Shown: piece by piece, positions 36,523-47,585 of the stretch | How positions within the stretch are numbered: position 1 is the stretch's first letter | Layout: each line of letters starts with the position of its first letter | Assembly: GCA_038087875.1 (NCBI GenBank) | Contig: JAXLNO010004883.1 | Coordinates: 1-64,000, forward strand | Source of the DNA: Malacoraja senta | Taxonomy: Eukaryota | Reading direction: 5' to 3' | Length of the DNA stretch: 64,000 nucleotides | Position numbers and translations under genes: made by a program | The notes under the pieces: model-generated | What the model was told of the DNA's origin: nothing | Databases searched by the model: none | Seen by the model: the letters and a program-made list of their open reading frames with translations, nothing else

Positions 36523-37384
36523 TTACACAGAACTTAAAATAGTTTCTGCAAACAACCCCGCATTAACAATAGGCCGATGGTAAAAATGTTGAAACATCAA
36601 CTCATTGGACCACCCGGCGGCTGCGAGGATATGGTCGACGGGGCCGTCTTTTGCCCTGGCCGCCGACATTTCTGCTGCCCTAGACGAGTGAGACGTAAAA
36701 ACATAAGTGTTAATACCAGCAGCTGTTAAGACTTCTTTTATCCATCTGGAAATAGTCTGTATTGAAACTCTCTTGTGTGGTTTCTTGTGTGTGATCAAAA
36801 ACCCAGTTTCCGTATTCTCAAATTATTTGTGACCTCAATGTATTGTAATAAATACGTCTTAATACAGAGACATGGATCATTTGGCTATGCTGCCAGCATA
36901 ATTTTAAATCCTGTCACACCTGGCCTAATTTGCTTTAGTAGGTCATAGATATAGAATGTAACCTTGTCTTCAGTTACTTCCATACTGTCTATTTGTAATT
37001 TTCCAAGTGTTTGCACTCGTTGTGCTGTCACTCATGCCATAAACATGAATACTTTCATACTGAGCTTGACCAAAGGTAAAGACACACTTGATGACCATCA
37101 CGAAGTAGTTTCAGTACCACACTTACATCCCGGATTGTCACGTACCTAGGTTTCGGTGGTTTGGAATTAAAGATTCCTTTCATTAGTCTGGAAACAATTG
37201 GGTGTGACCCAATTGAGTTTCTTTCTGAATCCAGAACCAAATATGAGGACAATGCACTTCTGGCTGAATTAATTGCACTACAACTCAGACCTTCATCATA
37301 ATAAAGTTTTGACAGAAATTCTAAACATTTGAAATATCTGCAGTACTTTGTTGCACATTCTTTTGTACCCAGAACTCTTCCCAT
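36523..37384 (-). pseudogene. DIRS B tyrosine recombinase (frameshifted)
   Basis: SAINSARSALS, HPIVSRLMKGIFNSKPPKPRY, KPHKRVSIQTISRW, HSSRAA, AAGWSNELMFQHFY. Confidence 0.88.
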
Positions 37385-40300
37385 TTCTTAATATAAGAAA
37401 GGTACTGTTTTTGAGTGCTCTTCCTCCAGGCTGCCGTAAGCATGTCCACAGTATGCTCAGACAGTCCTCGTCCCAGAAAAGGCATTCTTAAAACCTGCAA
37501 ATCAACAAATCCAAACGATCATATAAAGGATGTTGTTGCCCTGTACAGGGTGCAGCAATAAATTACTCTTTTTTGGGACTTTCATCAACATTTGTGTTGT
37601 TAATTCTAATATCAACGGATACCATGGCTGTGTAGGCCAATCTGGTACTACCAATACCCTTGAAGCAGCATATTGCCCGATTTTAAGCAAACATTGTCTT
37701 ATGAGGCAGAAAGGTGGAAATATATATGAAAACATACCACCCCAATGTAGCGAGAAAGCATCAATCGCCACTGCTCCTGGATCTGGTTTCCATGAGACAT
37801 ATCTCGATAGCTGATGATTCCAGTCGATGTCGGTCATTCCAAATCTGATGACTATATCATTGAATACCTCTTGATTCAACATCCATTCTTTATTATCATG
37901 GAACTTTTCGTGACCTGGTGTCTGCTATCGTTCATTCTACCTGGTAGATAGATAGCTGAAATCCAAATGTTCTTTTCAATACACCAAGCCCAAAGTTGAT
38001 TAACCATTTTGTCACAAGACACCGACTTAATTCCATATCATTAATATAAGCAACTACTGTTGTGTTATCAATTTGAACTTGAACATGCTTATTAGTTGTG
38101 TTAGAACAATAAGCTTGGAGCCCATAGAAACATCCTAGAAGCTCCAAATAGTTAATTCCCCATGTCTGCAGTAACAATGACTCTTCCTGATTCCATCTGC
38201 CTCCTCAGCTAGATGTTAAGTCAGTTGCACCCCATCCTGGTGCACTGGCATCAGTTTGTAATATCATGGAAAGTTGTTCAATCAGCACTTTGCTGGAACT
38301 GCTTGAGACATGTAGAATCCACCACTGCAGATCAGAAACAGCATTTGTTGTTAGTTGCATGGTTCTATCAAAATGACCAACATGCATTCTCGGTGCCTGT
38401 TCTTTAAGTCTCTGCAGCTGTTGATAATATAATGGTCCGAATTGGACTGCTGGGAATGCTGCTACTAATTTTCCCAGTACACGAGCCACCTGTCTAATTG
38501 AAGGTTTATCTCGTTTAGGAGATTACTGCAATCTTTAATCAAATCCACCCTTTTCCCTGGGCAAAGTAATATTCATTTGGACTGAATCAATTGTGAACCC
38601 CAAATAATTAATAGAGGTACATGGTGTTAACCTAGATTTCTGTGGATGAATTAGAAACCCCAAATTTTTCAAAAGTTGATTTCACAACTGCAACAGATAC
38701 TTCTGTTGACTGTTTTGTCTTTCCTATAATCAAGACATCATCCAAATATGCCATTAGTACATGCCCCTGGCTACTCAGCAAGCCCAGAATTGGTTTTAAC
38801 AATGTTTTGAATATTCTGGGTGCAGATATTAACCCATTAGGCAGAACTTTGAACTGCCACAACTGGTTCACCATTTAAATTTAAGATACTTCCTATCTTC
38901 TGAATGAACAGACACTGAATAATATGCATCTTTCAAGTCTATAGTTGCCATATAACATGCTTCTGAAATAAGCTGTTTGGCAGTCACAAATGTTTCCATT
39001 TTAAAATGTCTAAATTGCGCAAAAGGATTCAGCTTTATCAAATCTACAAGAATCCTACATCCTCCATCCTTTTTTGATCGAGGGAATATATTTGACACAA
39101 ATTGGTGACTTTGGTAGACAGATTTTTCAATAACCCCTTTTTTATATAGGGTTTCAATTGCAACCTGAACCTCCATCACTTCTTTTTGTACAAAGTGCAG
39201 AGTTCGGCTAGGAACATGCTGAACAGGCAAATCATAATTTGGATTGAATTCAATTCGAAATCCTTGTATATTATTCAGGATTACCACATCTGAAGTAATT
39301 TTCTTCCAATTATTATAGAAGAAATGTAACCTGCCTCCAACTTTTGGACTTAATCCAGTTAGTATGTTCCCATGAGAACCAGGTCCACCTACCTCTTGAG
39401 TCATTTGAGTACCCTGAGATTCCTGGGTTCTCCCGGAAGCACGCCCACTGGTTCTTGCTCCCGCTGCAGGCCGCCAACTACGTCCCTGCGTTGATGAGCG
39501 ACTTGGTCCAGGATCCGTATGACGTCTGAAAGGATACTTCCTCTTTACAGACTTCACAACCATTGATGTCTTCATCAATCCTGTTTTCGCTTCATCTTCC
39601 AACTCTTTAATACGTCTCCCGAGATCTCTCCAAAGAGTAAGTTGGGTAATTTGTATATTACTTGGTTTGCAGAGTGCTGCGAATTTCGGATTCATAGTAG
39701 ACTGTATAGCACTTCTCGAAGTGGGTGCTGCATAGCAACCCCAGTGCTTGCTGATGCAACTTCGTCATATTTTGGTTGTTACCTGCTATTCTGGTAAAAG
39801 CAGTTATTCCAGAACCCAGCAGCTTTAATATTCTCTGCAACTGATTCCAGATACTCTTGCAGTCTCATCCATTTCATGCTGTTCCAGCTAATGGTAAACC
39901 AAGTAATTTATTAAGGAGGCCAGTTCTTCCTAATGGCTCTCCTGACCCTGACGGGGCAGCGAATCCTACTACCAGGGGTGGAACATCTGGCAGCTGCCTT
40001 TCATCGCCTTGTACAGCCTCACCGTCAGAGTCGGGGTCTGAAATCTCATGACCCGTAGCACGCTCCTCATTCCTGAGGGTGCATTCCATCAGCCCTGAGC
40101 CAGGTGCTGTTAAGCTGCTCCTGCAGCTTGGATTACAGTACACTCCTTCCTGAGTGAACATTTGCTCCAACAACCTATGAAAAAGGCTTCTATTTGGGCA
40201 ATACGCTCGAAAGCAGTATCTAGCCCTGTACCAGGAGCTGTTTGAGCTGTTTCCAGCAGCTTGGCTTTCAGAACACTCCTCCCTGAGTGAACTTTGCTCC

Positions 40301-40799
40301 AACAGCCTGTGTAAAAGGCTTTCTATTTGGGCAATACGCTCTAAAGCAGTATCTAGCCCTGGAGCTTCTTCATTGCCTGGGACTCCCTCCGTTGGGATTT
40401 AAACTTTGACTTTTGCCCGACAGGCGCTGACTGTGTTTTCACCAGCCCCAGGTCCACAGTCGCTATGCTCACCGCTGGCGACTGTACCGGGGTTTAGAGG
40501 CGGTTGGTCTCTAACCTCGGACTCCCGACTTTCCCGACTTCTGTCGGCTATGTCGCTCGCCTCTTCCCCCTGTCCGTTTTTTCCCATGGCGTCTGTGGAA
40601 AAAATCGCCATAGACCCACAGTAAACGGACCTGGAAAACCTGTAAAAAAGTTTTTACTTACCTTGTAGTTGAAAAACTACAAACCACTCGAGGAGCACTG
40701 CTCCTCACGTCCGTTTGCGTCAAGGCGTCTGACGTAATGACGCGCATGCGCACTGGCGGGGTTCTTCACGTAGTCACTCACGTGACTCCGAAGTAAAAT

Positions 40800-41640
40800 G
40801 AACAATTTAATCCATTACAGAAATAGAATGGTGGATTAACAATGTTTCTAATGCTTCCAGAAAAGTTCTGGTAGAAACACCTTCCGTCACTCTACAGACT
40901 GAGCTGGGTTGCGGCGCTACTAACATGATTTCCAGCTGTGGAGGTAGGTGGAATGTGAATGAAGTACCTTTGCTGGAAAATCTGGGAATCAATTACCTAG
41001 AGCTATTAGGCGCATTTTACGGCCTTAGAGCTTATTGCACTGATATGGGAAATGTGCATGTTCAGGTACAGGTTGACAATACTACAGCTGTAGCATACAT
41101 AAATCACATGGGTGGTATAAAATCAGAATCATGTGATAAATTGGCGAATGAAATTTGGACCTGGTGTATTGCCAGGAAAATTTGGCTGTCAGCAATATAT
41201 TTACCAGGTAAATTTAATACAATTACAGACAAAAGATCACGTAAATGTAATGATAATACAGAATGGATGTTAAATCAGAAAATATTCACACAAATTATCA
41301 CACAATTTGGAATGCCAGAAATTGATCTGTTTGCATCAAGATTGAACCACCAGTTTGCCTAAGTATGTGTCATGGGAACCACTGGAGCAGTAGCGGTGGA
41401 TGCTTTCTTGCTACATTGGGGTGGTATGTTTTCTGTATGCGTTTCCCCCATTTTGTTTAATCCACAGATGCATACAGAAAATTAAGCAAGATTCAACCTC
41501 AGGGATTTTGGTAGTACCAGATTGGCCTAAACAGCTATGGTACCCACTGGTGTTAAAAATGATCCAAAAAAAACCTTATCGTTATTCCAAAGCAGATTAA
41601 ACTGCTTGTACACCCTGTGACTGATGAACCACATCCTTTA
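40800..41640 (+). pseudogene. DIRS A RNase H and DNA N6-adenine methyltransferase-like domain
   Basis: INYLELLGA, QVDNTT, IDLFASRLNHQ, YAFPPF, VVPDWPKQLWYP. Confidence 0.85.
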
Positions 41641-41649
41641 CATGATCGT

Positions 41650-42660
41650 ATTGGTTTGTTGATTTGCAGATTCTAAGAAGGCCATATCTTGGGAAAGGAT
41701 TATCAGACCGTACGGTGGATGTTATAAAAAACAGCCTGGAGGAATAGTACCCAGAAGCAGTACATCTCCTATATAAAGAAATGGGAGGAGTTTTGTTCAG
41801 GGAAACATTTTGCATATAACCCAGCAGAAATTTCAGATGTAATAGAGTTCCTTTCTACTCTATACTATGAATTAAAATTAAATTATAGTGCAATTAATAC
41901 TGCACAAAGTGCACTCTCTGCATATTTAAGCAGTGAATCAGAACAAACTCCAATAGGAGCACATCCTTGGGTCTGTAGGTTTATGAAGGGAATTTTCAAC
42001 TCTAATCCTCCCAGACCTAGGTATACAGAAATTTGGAATGTAAAAGATGTACTGATGTTGCTAAGGAATTGGAATCCAGTTGAAACTCTGTCATTATCCA
42101 AAATCACCATGAAATTGGTTATGCTCATGGCATTAGTTTCAGCTCAGAGAGTTTCAAACATTACAGAAACTCAGAATTGATAGAATGAAAGTAGGGCCAA
42201 ATGCCGTGACATTCTATGTCTATGATTTACTGAAGCAAAGTAGACCTGGGTTTACAGGATGCAAGTTTGAATTTTTAGCATATTCCTACAGATCCACGAC
42301 TGTGTGTAGTAACATATGTGAAATGTTACATAGAAACAACAAAAGTTTTAAGAGGCACCGAATTGGAATTTTTATTAGTCATAAAAAGCCTCATCAAAAA
42401 GTGTCAAAACAAACAATTTCATGATGGTTGAACCAGGTGTTGAGATATTCAGGTATTGATACTGATAAATTTAAATCTCATTCCACCAGGGCGGCATCAA
42501 CATCAGCGGCCAGGGATTCAGACAATAGACCTTATTCTCGCGGCCGCAGGATGGGCAAGTGAACAGATGTTTCACAAGTATTACCATAAGGAGATTAAAG
42601 ATCTCAGAGGGTATGGTAATGCCGTGCTGGATACAGTATTAAATCCCCCATTATAATAAA
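41650..42660 (+). pseudogene. DIRS A tyrosine recombinase (frameshifted)
   Basis: FMKGIFNSNPPRPRY, LVSAQRV, KPHQKVSKQTIS, HSTR, AAGWASEQMFHKYY. Confidence 0.88.
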
Positions 42661-42824
42661 TGGGCCTAATTTTGTTACTTTTATTAAAATAAATAAAACC
42701 ATTAACTGATTACATTCAAATGTTGTGGTTATGCATTGTTGATTGTGCTTACTCAAATAGAGTCAATCGATGCAGTGAACACCTTGATTTGAGTCCACGG
42801 TGTGAAATCACCGAGCTTTGAAAT

Positions 42825-42936
42825 CTTCACGTAGTCACTCACGTGACTCCGAAGTAAAATAGTAAGATTAAACGAGAACTTACCAGTTTGAAGTTTGATC
42901 CTTATTTTATGAGGAGTAACGTTGAGGGATTACGTG
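42825..42936 (+). other. Internal complementary region (ICR) of DIRS A
   Basis: Reverse complement of the left terminus joined to the reverse complement of the right terminus across AAT (42858-42860). Confidence 0.9.
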
Positions 42937-44762
42937 CCCTCCGCTCCCACCCTCATAAAAGGATCAAGCTGGTAGTTCTAAGTCTTTATGCATCTTACTA
43001 TCATACTTCAGTAATTATCGTCTGTGATTGTGACTCCGCTGCTTTGAAAGATTGACGCATGTGCGGCTGGACGGGGTCTTCTTCACGTAATCCCTCAACG
43101 TTACTCCTCATAAAATAAGGATCAAACTTCAAACTGGTAAGTTCTCGTTTAATCTTACTATTAAATTTGGCTGATAACATTTGATTTGTTAATATTCTAG
43201 CTGTTGGATTAGAGTATAACAATTTAACCCATGTACAGTACTTCTCTCCCAATTGAAATGTTTTCATTACCGAAAATAAATATGTCCATTCTACCTGGTC
43301 AAATGCCTTTTCAGCATCTAACGAAATAATTGCTAGATCTGCATTTGGAATTCTATTTGTGCATATAATATTGAATAGACTTCTCAAATTATAAAATGAG
43401 TAACGTTTTGGAATAAAACCTGTTTGGTCCGGGTGTATTAATTTGTTAATCACTAAGCTCAATCTATGAGATAGGATTTTGGTTAATATTTTCTGATCAG
43501 TATTTAAGAGAGCTATTGCTCTATATGAACCTGGGTCTTCAGGGTCCTAATCCGGTTTCGGTATAAGTATGATTGTAGATTCATTTAGAGTTTCTGGAAG
43601 TTGTTGTTGAGTATAAGCTTGTTTGTAAAGTCTCTGTAGACGTGGAGAAATCAGATCGTAAATGTTTTAATAAAATTCAGAGCTTAGACCATCAGGACCT
43701 GCGGCCTTTCCATTTTTTAAAGATCTAATTGACTCCTCGATGTCTTTTACCGTAATTTCTACATCTAGTGATTCTCTCTCTTTCTGATCTAGACCTGTAA
43801 GATTACATTTCTGGAGAAATGTTTCCATTCCTACTGGTTGTTCTGTCGTTTTAGATGAATACAATTTTTGATAATATTGTAAAAATCTATCATTGATATC
43901 TTTAGGTAGTGTTAATGTTTCTCCCTTATCTGATCTAATTTTGTAAATTGTTTCTTCCCCGTCCTGTTTACGAAGTTGACGCGCAAATAGTTTTTGTGGT
44001 TCATCTCCAAATTCAAAATTTAATTGTTTTGTACGTTGATATAGTTCTATTACTTGGTCTATCTTGTTTAACTTATATTTCAGCACTGCAATTTTATTGT
44101 GTTTTACCATAGATGGTGCTATTGCATTTTCTATGTCTAATTGCCTTATTTCCGTTTCCAAAGACTGTTGTTTAGGCCCTATTATCTTTGTTAATAAATG
44201 ATTGGGAGGAGATTAATGCTCTTCGCACAAATGCTTTAAATGTTTCCCAAAGAAGGCAGGCGGAGATTCCAGGGCTGTCATTAGCCTCGAAAAACATGTT
44301 AATCTGTTTTACGAGGTATTCATTACATAGCTTTTCTTTCAAGATTTGGGGGTTAAGTCTCCATTGTGTCTTTGTCTCGGTCATTTCGTTTAGTTTAATC
44401 ATAAATGTTAGTGGAGCATGGTCCGATATTATAATATTATGATATTGCGAATTATAGGTAAATGGGATAAGTTTAGAGTCTACTAAGAAATAGTCTATCC
44501 TTGAGTAAGTTTTATGCACGGGTGAGTAGAATGAGTATTCTCGACCAGATGGGTTTTCAATTCTCCAAACATCCTTAATGTTGGTAGTATTAATATATGA
44601 ATTTAGAAATTCACTTGACTGAGACTTTAATTTTCTTTGACTTGATGATCTATCCAAGTAAGCATCCAGTGTACAATTTAAGTCTCCACCGATAATTAAG
44701 TTATGTTGTGTACATTCCGGGATAATGTTAAGTATTCTCTTAAAGAAAGTCGAAGGTTTTTG

Positions 44763-46543
44763 GTCGGGTAATGACGTGGTTCGACAGGAAGGCTTCGAGT
44801 AGGAGTTTTTCTCCAGGTGACAAGGTCCTGGCGTTGTTGCCTATTCCTGGTTCGAGTCTGCAAGCTCGGTATAGCGGTACCTATCAGGTGGTTAAGAAGG
44901 TTGGTGAAAGGGATTATGTTATAGGTACCCCTGATCGAAGGCGTAAGACCTAGCTCTGTCATGTCAACATGATGAAGCAGTACCATGAGCAGGAGCCTGT
45001 GGAGGTTGATGGGGAGGTGCTCTGTCCTTCGGTTTCGTCTAAGCCTGTTTTGGCTGCGGTGGTGCCCCCTGACACGGGTGGTGATGTGGGTGAGGCACGG
45101 TTGTCGGAGGCAGTGGTGCAGGGAAGGCTGTGTAACTCTGAGGCTTTGGAGTCGCTTCCCTTGCGTTTGTCGCATTTGACTGGAGGTCAGCGGGGTGATC
45201 TGCTTTGTTTGGTGAAGTCAAATGGGTCACTGTTCTCGGATGTGCCTTCTCAGACGTCTGTGCTGCAGCATGACATTGACGTGGCCGGTGCTGCGCCCAT
45301 TAAACAGCAACACTGACAAGCGTCATCGTCTAGGGAGTCAGGTTGACTATATGCTGCGGCATGGCATTGCTGAATCTAGTTGTAGTCCGTGGAGTTCTCC
45401 GTGTCTACTGGCTACGAAGGCAAATGGGGAGGACATGTTTTGCACGGACTTTCGGAAAGTAAACGGTGTAACTAAGCCGGATTGCTATCCTCTCCCACGA
45501 ATGGAGGATTGCGTGGATCGTGTGGGAAGTGCGTCGTTTGTGTCCAAATTGGACATGTTAAAAAGGTATTGGCAAGTTCCCTTGACTGGGCGGGCGAGGG
45601 AGATCTCTGCGTTCGTTATGCCTGATAACTTTCTGCAGGATACGGTGATGGCATTTGGGAGGCGCAATGCGCCGGCAACTTTCCAACGATTGGTCAACAT
45701 GGTTTTGTCTGGTTTGACCTTCTGTGAGGCATACCTTGATGATTTGGTTGTGTGCTCCAGGTCGTGGATCGAACACATCGGTCATCTGAAGGAGGTATTC
45801 CATCGGCTAGCGGATGCAAAGCTAACTATCAATCTGGGGAAGTGTGAATTTGGCCAGGCCACGGTAACGTATCTAGGAAAGGTGGTGGGCCGGGGTCAGG
45901 TTCGCACTCTCAAAGAAAAGGTGGAGCATTTCCTGCTCCAACCTCGAGGACTGAACTCCGTAGGTATCTGGCTATGGTTGGTTACTATAGGGGATTCTGT
46001 CCACACTTCTCTGCGGTGGCTGCCCCTTTGACAGATTTGCTGAGTCCGAAGGTAGTTTTTGTGTGGTCCACAGAGTGTCAACAAGCCTTTGATCATACAA
46101 AAAGTCTTCTGGTGCGCGCACCTGTGCTTGCGGCACCTGATTTTGAAATTCCATTTAAGCTGGCAGTGGATGCTAGTGATCGTGGGGTTGGGGGAGTTCT
46201 TCTACAGGATGATTCAGATGGGGTGGGGCATCCAGTTTCGTACTTCTCTAACAAGTTTAATCGTCATCAGAAGTGGTACTCCACCATTGAGAAAGAGGCC
46301 CTTGCTATGTTGATGTCTCTGAGTCATTTCGAGGTTTATGTTGGCTCCTCGAATGTCCCTGTCATCGTACTCACGGATCATAATCCGTTGGTGTTTTTGA
46401 ATAATATGAAAAATAAGAACCGCCGGTTAATGAGCTGGAGTTTGCAGCTGCAAGACTATAACCTGGAGGTCAGGCATATCCGTGGCAAGGATAATGTCTT
46501 GGCTGACGCCTTGTCGCGCCAGTGGAGTTTAGCTCCTGAATAG
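44763..46543 (+). pseudogene. Gypsy integrase C-terminus, reverse transcriptase and RNase H (frameshifted)
   Basis: RSFSPGDKVLALLP...YSGTYQV...CHVNMMK; FCTDFRKVN, LDMLKRYWQVP, FGRRNAPATFQR, AYLDDL; LAVDASDRGVG, IEKEALA, TDHNPL, NVLADALSR*. Confidence 0.93.
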
Positions 46544-46597
46544 TTTCGGTAATTTGGTGGTGTTTTTTCTCTCTTCCAAAACTTATTCAGTATCTTT

Positions 46598-46606
46598 GGG
46601 TGGGGG
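46598..46606 (+). promoter_or_regulatory. Polypurine tract
   Basis: GGGTGGGGG immediately before the 3' LTR. Confidence 0.75.
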
Positions 46607-47139
46607 AGTGACACGCTCCCCCTCCTGGTCAATGTTGTGTATTAACCTGTTTCTTCCCCAAGTGCAGGCTGGAAGGATCCTGTACCTGATTGGACAGGCT
46701 GCGTCAGGTGACGGCTGACTCATCCCCAGTATAAATGGAAGATTTCCCAGAGTTCTTTCTCTTTCGGTGGCGACCCGGCCTCGTAAGCTTGTGCTGGTGT
46801 GAGCTGTGAAAGGACCGGCCACATGGCATAGAACTTGGTGTAATTCCATCATTTTGTAGTACCAAATATTGGATTGGGCTGTCCTTAGACGTGATCGGTA
46901 TTTTGTTTAAGGGATAGCTTTCTTTTAGGCAGGTTTAGAGCGTCGGGTTCGACGGTCCATCGCATGACTGGCCTGAGCACCTTTAAGTTGTTTATTAATC
47001 TATTCATCCTGGTCTGGGTTGTTTGAAGCAGGTTTGGGTTTTGGGGTGTTATCAATAATTAAACTATTTTTGAACGTAAACCTGGCTTTTGGACTTATGT
47101 TACGCGACTCTGAAGTGCCTGCTTTCGGGAGTCGTAACA
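46607..47139 (+). repeat. 3' LTR
   Basis: Direct repeat of 28572-29103. The first base is A instead of T, and it ends TAACA followed by the GTCAC TSD. Confidence 0.95.
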
Positions 47140-47309
47140 GTCACGTTTCGTGTCGAAACCCTTATCTAATGGAACTGGTGTGCTACATTGCTGAGAACTA
47201 TATGCCACACTCTGTACCTTCCCCTTTGCTCTACCTACAGTACTTGAGTTGACTTGATCATATATATGTATGTTGTTATCTCATCCAATTGGATAGCATG
47301 CAACTACCT

Positions 47310-47585
47310 GGAAAGTTGCTGCCTTACAGTACCACAGACCAAAGTTCAATCCTGACAATGGGTGCTGTCTATATAGAGTTCATATATTCTCCCTGTGACC
47401 ATGTGAGTTATCTCCGGGTGCTACAGTTCCGTCACATTCAAAGAAGTGCAGGTTTGTACGTTTTTTGGCTTCTGTAAATTGTCCCTAGTGTGTAGGATAG
47501 AACTAATATTTGGGTGGTCGTTAGTCAGCACAGGTTCAGTGGGCCAAAAGGCCTATTTCCATGCTGTACCTCGAAGCTAAACGTG
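47310..47585 (+). mobile_element. V-SINE (HE1-like)
   Basis: aagttgctgccttacagtaccacagaccaaagttcaatcctgac...ctccgggtgctacagttcc...gtaaattgtccctagtgtg. Confidence 0.75.

Larger units (their letters stand above)
36009..40799 (-). mobile_element. DIRS1-like retrotransposon B, inserted in inverted orientation into the RNase H region of DIRS A
   Basis: Same termini as A, ICR at 36241-36353, and degenerate ORF1, RT (TIDLKDAYY, YLDDVL), RH, MT (SWKPDPGAVAIDAFS...FPPF) and YR (HSSRAA, AAGW...FYHRP). Confidence 0.95.
33232..43162 (+). mobile_element. DIRS1-like tyrosine-recombinase retrotransposon A (pieces 33232-36008 and 40800-43162)
   Basis: Inverted terminal repeats, ICR, ORF1, RT (IDLQDAYY, YLEDIL), RNase H (QVDNTTAVAYINHMGG), methyltransferase (DLFASRLN...FPPF) and YR (HSTR..., AAGW...FHKYY). 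There is no TSD; the ATT core is at both junctions. Confidence 0.95.
31098..44746 (-). mobile_element. L1-clade LINE, 5'-truncated in the endonuclease (pieces 31098-33231 and 43163-44746)
   Basis: GGDLN, YSRIDYF, ISDHAPL, KAAGPDGL, HPDQTGFIP, SLDAEKAFDQVEW, RGCRQGCSLSPLLF and C-terminal CDKC. AATAAA lies at the 3' end. TSD AAGTCGAAGGTTTTTG is at 31082-31097 / 44747-44762. Confidence 0.95.
28572..47139 (+). mobile_element. Gmr1-like Ty3/Gypsy LTR retrotransposon (internally deleted, carrying nested L1 and two DIRS)
   Basis: Paired ~532-bp LTRs, GTCAC TSD (28567-28571 / 47140-47144), tRNA-Pro PBS, PPT, and domain order gag-PR-INT-RT-RH. Confidence 0.95.

Noticed and set aside
36523-42660. Prophage integrase plus Dam methylase, or bacterial contamination
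   Set aside because: The domains sit with RT/RNase H inside inverted terminal repeats and ICRs, which is the standard DIRS1 architecture, and they are nested in vertebrate LINE/LTR sequence.
29382-46543. Ty1/copia element (because integrase precedes RT)
   Set aside because: The RT/RH motifs (CxDFRKVN, YWQVP, FGxxNAPATFQR, DAS, EKE, TDH, ADALSR) are Ty3/Gypsy-type; the order is explained by Gmr1-like elements.
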